A stretch of 9,168 bases of DNA from Candidatus Vampirococcus lugosii (GTDB taxonomy: Bacteria; Patescibacteriota; Gracilibacteria; Absconditabacterales; Absconditicoccaceae): positions 1 through 9,168 of the forward strand of contig NZ_JAEDAM010000044.1 in NCBI RefSeq assembly GCF_018420025.1, given 5' to 3'. The notes beneath the pieces are model-generated. The model saw only the letters and a list, made by a program, of their open reading frames with translations, did not search any database and was not told where the DNA came from. How positions within the stretch are numbered: the stretch's first letter is position 1; each line of letters opens with the position of its first letter. Positions 1 to 9,168 of the stretch are shown one piece after another. Both the position numbers and the translations under genes were made by a program.

Positions 1-1010
1 TTATCAAATAATTCTCTCATTTCTGATTTTAAATTTTGTGAAATTCATTCTCTTAGTTTTTTTTCATTTCATTGAATCATAGGTTTATAAATAGATGATA
101 CTTTTTTTATTCAAATACTAGCATGATTTATTTGTAAATAAATATTATATATTCATCTAAGATTCATATCTTGCTCATCTATATTAAATATAATTGTTTG
201 TAAATTATTTATTCTAGCTGTCAAATAATCTCAAATTTTTTCTCTATCTCAATCTATATTTTCTCATTCATCAAATATTTTTGATAAATAGTTTGATAAA
301 TAATTTCTTGTATTTTCATCTCAAATATTATCTAATTCATCATTAATTTTTTCTAATTTTTTATATATACTTACATAATTATCAATAATTTCTAAAATAT
401 TTTCTATAATATATTTTAAACTATAAAAATCTAATTTATTATCATAAGATTTTACAGTTATTTTTTGGAAACTACAATCCGAACTTTCTAGTTCATCCAA
501 TAATTTACAAGAAAGTCAATTAATAATATCTGTTCATATTCAAACATCTTTCAAATTTACATAACCAGTAAAAGCATCTACAAATTCTTGTCTATTTTGA
601 TATCATGTAAATTTATTTTCCCATCTCAAATAATTATTATAACTATCATTATTTTGAAATAAAACTTTAATATCACTTATATCAAAATATTTTAGAGAAC
701 CTTCCAAATTTTGAACAGTTCTCAATTGCAAAATTGCTACATCTATAAAAGTAGGCTGACTTTTTGGAGATTCATTTGATAATTTATTCAGAGCATTTGA
801 TTTTTGTGAAGAATCTAATTGATCAAAATTAATAGAAGATACACCTCATAACACATCAAACTTCTCAAAAGTATCAGGAATTTCTGCTGTACTTATTATA
901 TTTTTATAAACTTCATTTAATAAAGTTGAAGATGTTGCTCAAAATGATATAGAAGTTAAATTTCCCAAAGAAACTATAATAAACAACATTAATATATATA
1001 ATTTTTTCAT
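1..1010 (-). CDS. Hypothetical secreted or envelope protein with an N-terminal signal peptide; partial, the 3' end lies beyond position 1
   Basis: With TGA=Gly the frame is open from ATG (1010..1008) to the window edge: 336 codons plus 2 nt, no TAA/TAG, about 14 in-frame TGA. TAA/TAG are frequent in the other frames. The N-terminus MKKLYILMLFIIVSLGNLTSISFG/ATSS has a basic n-region, a hydrophobic core and a small-residue cleavage-like site, with no lipobox Cys. The rest is N/D/E/K/I-rich and looks helical, for example ...IIENILEIIDNYVSIYKKLEKINDELDNIGDENTRNYL.... It has two Cys 11 residues apart (LSCKLLDELESSDCSF). I recognise no family. Confidence 0.7.
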
Positions 1011-1025
1011 TTTTTATTTTTTTAT

Positions 1026-1077
1026 TTTAATAAATAATATTATTTACTTAAAATAAAGTATAATATTATTTATTAAA
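1026..1077. repeat. Imperfect 52-nt palindrome: 18-bp perfect inverted repeat plus an inner 4-bp extension
   Basis: The arm 1026..1043 (tttaataaataatattat) is the exact reverse complement of 1060..1077 (ataatattatttattaaa). After a 2-nt bulge (tt, 1044..1045), ACTT (1046..1049) pairs with AAGT (1056..1059) around the 6-nt loop aaaata. It is the longest inverted repeat I found in the window. It overlaps the -10 and spacer of the predicted promoter of the 1..1010 gene. Confidence 0.8.
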
Positions 1078-1084
1078 TTTTCAA
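1057..1084 (-). promoter_or_regulatory. Sigma70-like promoter candidate for the hypothetical secreted protein gene
   Basis: The minus strand reads TTGAAA (1084..1079), then 16 nt, then TATACT (1062..1057). 46 nt separate the -10 from the ATG at 1010. Three other genes on this strand show the same layout. Confidence 0.4.
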
Positions 1085-1178
1085 GTATATTTTAAGTTTT
1101 ATTATATTAAATCAAAAAAATACCACTTTTTTAATTAAATTAAATTAAAAAAATGGTTATTAGATAAAAAATATTTTT

Positions 1179-3071
<1,893 letters not shown>

Positions 3072-3110
3072 ATATTAATTTATTTAATAAATACTAAAAA
3101 TATAAACTAT

Positions 3111-3138
3111 ATTATATATATTTTTTTAATAAATTCAA
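3111..3138 (-). promoter_or_regulatory. Sigma70-like promoter candidate for gyrB
   Basis: The minus strand reads TTGAAT (3138..3133), then 16 nt, then TATAAT (3116..3111). 39 nt separate the -10 from the ATG at 3071. Confidence 0.45.
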
Positions 3139-3245
3139 TTGTAAAAACTATTTTTATCTTAATACCCAAAATTTATTGACAATAATAATATTATATAATC
3201 AAATTATTATTCTTGACATATATTCTCAAAAAATAATCTAGTAAA

Positions 3246-4340
3246 TTAAACATTAAATTTAAAAATTATTACATCTCAGTCTTGAACAACATAATCCTTT
3301 CATTGCAATTTTACTAATCATTTTTCTTTTGCTTTTTGCCAAGAAAATGTTTCCAAAAGATCTTCATATTTTACTATTTCTGCTTTAATAAATCATCTTT
3401 GAAAATCAGTATGAATAGCTCATGCTGCTTGAGGAGCTGTACTATTTTTTAATATTGTCCAAGCTTTAGTTTCTTTTTCTCAACTTGTAAAATAATACAT
3501 AAGCCCAACTTCATCAAAAGATTTTTTTATCAAATCATCCAATGTAGGAATTTTTACATCTCAATACATATCTTTCAAAAAATCTTGTTTTTCTTGTTTA
3601 TCAAATTCTATCATATCAGCTTCAATTTTTGCACTTACTAAACAAACTACTTTATCAAGCTTTTTTTCATATTCTTTTATTAATTTTGAAGAATTTAAAA
3701 TATTTTCTTCGGAAACATTTAAAACATATATAAACGGTTTATTTGTAAGAAAATTATATTGTTTCAAAATATTTTTTTCTTTATCAGAAAAATCACTATA
3801 TATATCATATATTAATTTTCATTCTTGTAATATTGATTTTGCTTTTTCCAAAACAGAAAAAGTATCTATTGCATCTTTATCTTTACTTTTAACTTTTTTT
3901 GATAATTGAGGTAATTTATCTTCTATTTGTTGCAAATCGGATATTATAAGTTCTGTATTTATTGTTTCTATATCTCTCATAGGATCAACATTTCAATCTA
4001 CATGATTTACATCTTCATCTTCAAAATGTCTTACCACTTGCACAATAGCATCAACTTCCCTTATATTTCATAAGAATTTATTACCTAATCATTCACCATT
4101 ACTCGCTCATTTCACCAAACCTGCTATATCAACAAATTTAATATTTGCATAAATTTTATTTTTAGAATTTGAAATTTCAGATAATTTATCAACTCTTTCA
4201 TCTTTTACATCAACTATTCAAGTATTTGCATCAATAGTACAAAATGGAAAATTTCAACTATCTGCAGAATAAGAATTTGTAAGAGCATTAAACAATGTAG
4301 ATTTACCAACATTTGGCAAGCCAACTATACCTATTTTCAT
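3246..4340 (-). CDS. ychF: Ribosome-binding ATPase YchF (Obg-family P-loop NTPase)
   Basis: 1095 nt, 364 codons plus TAA, matching the roughly 363-aa family size. Motifs: [21 protein letters not shown] (P-loop); [13 protein letters not shown]; [38 protein letters not shown]; NVSE (YchF-type NxxE in place of NKxD). The C-terminal TGS-like region reads [36 protein letters not shown]...[18 protein letters not shown]. Track ORF 3561..3767 is an in-frame fragment. Confidence 0.93.
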
Positions 4341-4374
4341 AAAAAATATATTTAATTAAATAAATTTAAATATC

Positions 4375-4402
4375 ATTATAATTAATTAATATTTTATTTC
4401 AA
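4375..4402 (-). promoter_or_regulatory. Sigma70-like promoter candidate for ychF
   Basis: The minus strand reads TTGAAA (4402..4397), then 16 nt, then TATAAT (4380..4375). 34 nt separate the -10 from the ATG at 4340. Confidence 0.45.
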
Positions 4403-4469
4403 CAAGATATTGTTTTTTATTTCAAAAATTTTTTAAAATAAAAAATTGTATTAATTTAAACTAAAAAAA

Positions 4470-5039
4470 TTATCTCAAAATTTTGTAATTATCAGTAAAA
4501 TCTATAATTCTAGATTCAACAGATTTTTTGTAATTATGTATCAGAATATAATCAACATTTTTTTCAAATTTTTCTTCAAAATATTTTTCATCTTCTATAT
4601 AATCAGTATTTGAAATATTTGCAGAAGTAGTAATAAAAGCTTGATTTAATTTAGTTACAAAATTTTGAAAATTATTTTTTAATATTCTAACTCAAACTTT
4701 ATTATTTACTCAGATATCGGGCAAGAATAAATTATTTTTTTTACTAAGAATTACTGTAATACCGTGATTATTTTCCAAAAAAAAATTAAATTTTTCTTCA
4801 AAATCATTACTTGTAATAAAATTTTCTTTGATCCAATCAATATTTGGAGCTACAATAGAAAAAGGTTTATTTTTATCTCTTTTTTTAATATCATAAATTC
4901 TCTCAATATTTGATTTATTTACAATAGATCAAATTCAATAAATAGTATCTGTAGGATAAATAAAAATTTTATTATTTAATGCTTCTTTTACATAAAAATC
5001 AAAATTATCACAGAAATAATTGAAATTTATTTTCTCCAT
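4470..5039 (-). CDS. tsaC: L-threonylcarbamoyladenylate synthase, short YrdC/TsaC form (Sua5/YciO/YrdC/YwlC family)
   Basis: 570 nt, 189 codons plus TAA. Family motifs: IFIYPTDTIYGIGS; IKKRDKNKPFSIVA (K-x-R...KP); GVRI; FITTSANISN (S-x-N); SRIIDFT. The size fits the single-domain YrdC form without the Sua5 C-terminal domain. It starts only 30 nt downstream of the pheS stop. Confidence 0.8.
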
Positions 5040-5069
5040 TAAAAATAAATTAATTCAATAAAATAAAAT

Positions 5070-6095
5070 CTAAAAACTTTTTATGAATCTTATATCTCAA
5101 TTTGTCAAAAGTCTTATATCTTTAATTCAATATTTAACTGCTATCAGTCTAGTCATTCACATACCAAATGCAAATCATGAATATTTTTCAGTATCTATTC
5201 ATCACTCTTTAAGAACATTAGGATGGATCATTCAAGCTCATAAAATTTCTATCCAACCAGTTCATTTACACAAACTACATCATTTTCATTTACAAATAGG
5301 ACAAGATGCATCAATTTCCATACCTGGTTCTACAAAAGGAAAATATCAAGGTCTCATTCTTATTTCAAGTTCATCATTTTCTAATATTTTGGACAAAAGT
5401 TCTCTCAAAGTATATTTAAGCTCTGCCATAGATATATTTTCTCAAACTACAATTCATTCATATTGCCGAAAACATGAATCATGAGATGAATCTAAATTTT
5501 CATATCTATAAACTTTACCTGGAATTACAACTTTTGATGGTGCTCAATATTTTTTAAATATATCATTTTGTTTAGCAGAAGTATGAGTTCTTAATATATA
5601 TTCTTCTCATTTTTCATCTTTATTTGTAAGAAAAATAGTATCATGCATTTCAGTAGCAGGATGATTAGATGGAACATTAAGAGAATTAAAATTTTCATAT
5701 TTACTAACTAAACTATCTCCTTTTTCTATTATAAATCACATTCATCTAGATATTTCTTCTATTTGTCTCCTAGTTTTTGAAATCAAATTTAAATATCATT
5801 TATCTATATCAAAAGATGGAATACCTATATCTATAAGTTCATTATTTAATTTTTTATTTATTTGTTCTTTTTTTAAAAAATTCTGTTTTTTATCAAATTC
5901 AATTTGTATTTCATTCTTTAGAGAACTAAGAAATTGTCATTTTTCTTTTCTTTCTTCAGGAGACAATTTTCCCAAAGTTTTAAATTCTTCATTTATTTGA
6001 GATTTCTTACCAAGATATTTTCAATGAAAAGATTGTAATCATTCTACATCACAAACACTATCTAAATTTTTTAAAATTTCATCTTTATTTATCAT
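5070..6095 (-). CDS. pheS: Phenylalanine--tRNA ligase alpha subunit
   Basis: 1026 nt, 341 codons plus TAG. Motifs: ...EEISRGMGFIIEKGDSLVSKYENFNSLNVPSNHPATEMHDTIF; LRTHTSAKQ; PGKVYRYENLDSSHDSCFRQYEG (class II motif 2 region); [50 protein letters not shown] (Cys4 cluster as in Bacillus-type PheS); YSGFAFGMGMTRLIAVKYGIKDIRLLTNGDIRFIKSF* (motif 3). Confidence 0.93.
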
Positions 6096-6133
6096 AAAAA
6101 AATATATATTATATAATAAAATTATATTAAATA

Positions 6134-6161
6134 TATATAATGAAAAAATAAATATTTTCAA
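6134..6161 (-). promoter_or_regulatory. Sigma70-like promoter candidate for pheS, probably a pheS-tsaC unit
   Basis: The minus strand reads TTGAAA (6161..6156), then 16 nt, then TATATA (6139..6134). 38 nt separate the -10 from the ATG at 6095. Confidence 0.45.
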
Positions 6162-6231
6162 GATTTAAATATTTTTTTGTACCAACAAGATTAAATTATC
6201 AGTACTACTATAAAAAAAAACATATTTATAG

Positions 6232-6259
6232 TTGTTTTTTATTAAAAAATCTTTATATA
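6232..6259 (+). promoter_or_regulatory. Weaker promoter candidate for infB
   Basis: The plus strand reads TTGTTT (6232..6237), then 16 nt, then TATATA (6254..6259). 35 nt separate the -10 from the ATG at 6295. The spacing matches the minus-strand candidates but the -35 is poorer. Confidence 0.3.
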
Positions 6260-6294
6260 TTAATATTATTTAATTTTGTAAACTACAATTTTGT

Positions 6295-8991
6295 ATGGTA
6301 AGCATTAGTGTCGCAAGTAAAGAATTTTGACTTACAAAAAAAGAATTTATTCAATTTGTAAAAGAAAAAACTGGTAAAGTTTATAGTGAGAAAACTTCAA
6401 GAATTTCTGATAATGTTTTTAATAAATTAAAAAAAGAATTAAAGCCAAAACTTGAAGATAGTGATACTTCAAAAATTTCTTATAAAAAAACATTTGTATC
6501 TGATGATGATATTCTTTTGGAAGAGAATTCTTTTTTATCTGAATTATGATTTGAATCTGAAATAAATAATATGATTATAGATAATAAAAAAAACTTAAAA
6601 AAAGAACAAATTGTAAGCACTATTTCTGACAAAAAAAATGAAATTATTGAAAAACTTGAGAATATTGAAGAAGTAAAAGTAAAAAAAGATGAAAAAGAAT
6701 TTATTAATACTAATTTAGATATAGATATAGATAAAAAAGATCTATGAAAAGATGAATTTATTAATGAAGAAAATGATAAAAATAAAGAAGTAGAGGTAGA
6801 AGTAGAAGAAAAAAAAGAAAAAATAAATCTTAATTCAGAAGAAAAAGCTTGATCAAAAAATATATCTGTTTGAGGTAAAAATAAGAAAACAGGTAATAAG
6901 TTTAAAGTAACCAAAAAAATAGATCAGAATCAGAATATAAAAGAAGAAAAGAAAAATGATAATAAATCAAATAATACACCTGTTGTAGGCAACAATAATA
7001 ATTGAGAAAAAAAACAATGATGAATAAAGTTTAATATAGTTAAAAAAAGTGATAAAGTTAATACTTCTTCTAATTTTGGTAAAGTAAATAATTACTGAAA
7101 AAAAACTACAAAATTAACAAAAAAAGATAAGAAAAAACAAGCATCTTTTGTTAAAAAAGAAGAACCAATTAAAAAAAGAGAGATAAATCCTCAAGTTTCT
7201 TCAACATTAAAGAAAAAAGATGTTATTAGTATATGAGATAAAATAAGTATAAAAGAATTTTCGGAAAAAATGTGAGTTTCATTACAAGAGCTAATGAAAG
7301 CTTTATTGTGAAATAAAATTGTTTTGTCGGTAGCATCTAATATAGATTTTGATACAGCATCTTTGATATGAGAAGAACTTGGTGTTAAAGTAGAAAAAGA
7401 AAAAGAAGATGTTTCTGTAAGTAAATTATTGTCTTGAGATATTAAATCTATTTTGGATCTTGATAAAGATTTGCCAAATCTTTCAGTTAGAGCTCCTATT
7501 GTTACAGTTATGGGACATGTAGATCATGGTAAAACTAAATTATTGGATTATATTAGAAAAACTGATGTTGTATGATGAGAAGCGGGTTGAATAACACAGT
7601 CTATTTGAGCATCACAAATTCATCATAATTGAAATTTAATAACTTTTATAGATACTCCTTGACATGAATTATTTACAGCATTAAGATCTAGGTGATCAAA
7701 AATAACTGATGTAGCAATTATTGTTGTTGCTGCTGATGATTGAATTAAACAGCAAACTGTAGAAGCTATAAATCATGCAAAAGATGCACAAGTTCCTATA
7801 ATTGTTGCAGTTACAAAAATAGATTTGCCAAACTCTAATATTGAGTTAGTTAAATCTAAACTTTCAGAACATTGATTAGTTGCTGAAGATTGGTGATGAG
7901 AAACTATTGTAGTTCCAATTTCTTCTATTACTTGAGAATGAATTGACGAATTGTTAGATATGGTAAGTTTACAATCTGAAATATTAGAATTAAAATATAA
8001 TTCTGAAAGAAATTGAGTTGGTGTTATTTTGGAGTCAAAAAAAGATGCTAAAAAATGAATTACAGCTAGTATGATATTAATGACTTGAAATATGAATATT
8101 TGAGATGTTATTATTTTAGGATCTACATATGGAAAGATAAAAAGAATGACCAACTGGAAAAAACAAGATATAAGAAAAAGTTTCGGTTGAGATCCTATAC
8201 AAATTCTTTGAATACAAGATTTACCAAAACCTTGAAGTATTGTGGAAGTTATAAATTCGGAAAAAGATGCTCGTAATAAAATACAAAAAATTAAAGATAA
8301 TGAAGAAAACGAAGTTGTATGAATTTGAGTTCAAAATTTATTGGATCAAATTTCTGCATGAGAAAAGACACAACTTAAACTTATTTTAAAATCTGATAGT
8401 TTTTGAAGTTTGGAAGCATTAAAATATGCTATATGAAAAATAGATGTACATGAAAATGTTGAAATTAAAATACTACATAGTGATGTATGAGCAGTTAATG
8501 ATTCTGATATTAATTTGGCAAAAGCTTCTCTTGCTTTTATTGTTTGATTTAATCTTATTAATAATGCTTTAATCAAGAAAAAAGCTGAAAATCAATGAGT
8601 TATAATTAAGTCATTTGATATTATCTATGAACTTATAGATTATGTACAAACATTAGCTACTTGAATGATTGTGATAGAAAAAGAAGAAGTTCATATATGA
8701 AAATTAGAGATTAAAGCTGTATTTTATAGAAAATGAAAAGAAATGATTGTTTGATGAAAAGTTATTCAATGAAAAATTAGAAATTGATCATATTTGAGAG
8801 TATATAAAGATGAAATAAAAAAAGAAGAAGAGAAAGATATACAAGCTTTTGCAACTGGTAAAGTAAGTTCCTTAAAAAAAGAACAAGAAAATGTTGAAGA
8901 AATTTCTGTAGGTCACGAATGTGGTATTAAAATAAAAGTTTCTCAAAAATTACAAGTATGAGATGTTTTAGATTTTTTTGTAATGGAATAA
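6295..8991 (+). CDS. infB: Translation initiation factor IF-2
   Basis: 2697 nt, 898 codons plus TAA. The in-frame TAA at 6271..6273 leaves ATG 6295 as the only start. About 50 in-frame TAA-free TGA codons by hand count. The roughly 400-aa K/E/N-rich N-terminal region includes an IF2_N-like segment, [48 protein letters not shown]. The GTPase core reads [42 protein letters not shown] (G1 at 7513..7536), [17 protein letters not shown] (G3), [24 protein letters not shown], and [10 protein letters not shown] (G4 variant). It continues [24 protein letters not shown] and then domains through ...[27 protein letters not shown]. Confidence 0.96.
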
Positions 8992-9168
8992 TATATAAAA
9001 AATAATTTTTAATTATAAATTAAATCATTTTTTATGATGAACAATAAATTAAGTTAAAAATTAATTAATATTTTTATATTTAATTTATTTATTATAATTA
9101 GTATGATACTGTATATATAATATATTTATTTGAAAATTATTTATAAAATGAAATTAGTTGTTTGATTA

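Noticed and set aside
4401-4418. Hairpin AACAA-gata-TTGTT followed by a T-run, resembling a small terminator on the plus strand
   Set aside because: The stem is only 5 bp. No plus-strand gene lies upstream. On the minus strand, where tsaC ends, it is followed by A-rich sequence and overlaps the ychF -35 region.
5083-5484. 133-aa plus-strand ORF from the supplied track
   Set aside because: It is entirely antisense to pheS, whose frame is confirmed by class II aaRS motifs along its whole length. The translation is S/I/H-rich with no recognisable motif. It is a typical shadow ORF.
6096-6294. Divergent pheS/infB spacer as a replication origin, given the strand switch and a gyrB nearby
   Set aside because: It has no DnaA-box matches; the best, ttatcagta, has 3 mismatches to TTATCCACA. 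There is no dnaA or dnaN nearby. The strand switch is explained by two ordinary divergent promoters.
6096-6294. T-box or other riboswitch leader upstream of pheS
   Set aside because: The spacer is almost pure A/T, has no conserved T-box sequence and no G/C-bearing helices. The predicted leader is only about 30-40 nt.
6480-6914. 144-aa minus-strand ORF from the track
   Set aside because: It is antisense to the purine-rich N-terminal region of infB. The product is F/S/I low-complexity sequence, which is a composition artefact.
7773-8576. Track ORFs 7773..8153 (-), 8085..8276 (+) and 8346..8576 (-)
   Set aside because: All three lie inside infB, either antisense or out of frame. The infB frame is anchored by G1/G3/G4 and C-terminal domain motifs. 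None of the three shows any motif.
9148-9168. Possible start of the next plus-strand gene (ATG AAA TTA GTT GTT TGA TTA, giving MKLVVGL)
   Set aside because: Only 7 codons are visible and no well-spaced promoter precedes it. It is plausible but cannot be supported from this window.

Overview
This is a very AT-rich bacterial window (about 20-25% G+C by spot counts of a few lines). It only makes sense if TGA is read as glycine, i.e. NCBI translation table 25, used by Absconditabacteria/SR1 and Gracilibacteria (CPR/Patescibacteria). Under that code the window is almost fully coding. Five consecutive minus-strand genes are present: a 3'-truncated hypothetical protein with a signal peptide, then gyrB, ychF, tsaC and pheS. 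A complete infB sits on the plus strand, divergent from pheS. I translated all six by hand; each frame is continuous with no TAA or TAG. The supplied standard-code ORF track catches only two in-frame fragments of real genes (1884..2069 in gyrB, 3561..3767 in ychF). Its other five ORFs are antisense or out-of-frame shadows. I see no mobile element, CRISPR array, tRNA/rRNA gene or recognisable defence/accessory system; this is a housekeeping region. The points worth a second look are: the recoding itself and the dominance of TGA among Gly codons; a recurring TTGAA(A/T)-N16-TATAnn promoter layout with leaders that lack a Shine-Dalgarno sequence; an 18-bp perfect palindrome over the promoter of the unknown secreted protein; a native Asn in GyrB at the position of the classical E. 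coli Asp426Asn quinolone-resistance substitution; and the loss of the usual pheS-pheT and nusA-infB linkages. All product calls rest on motifs I recognise by eye; no database search was possible.
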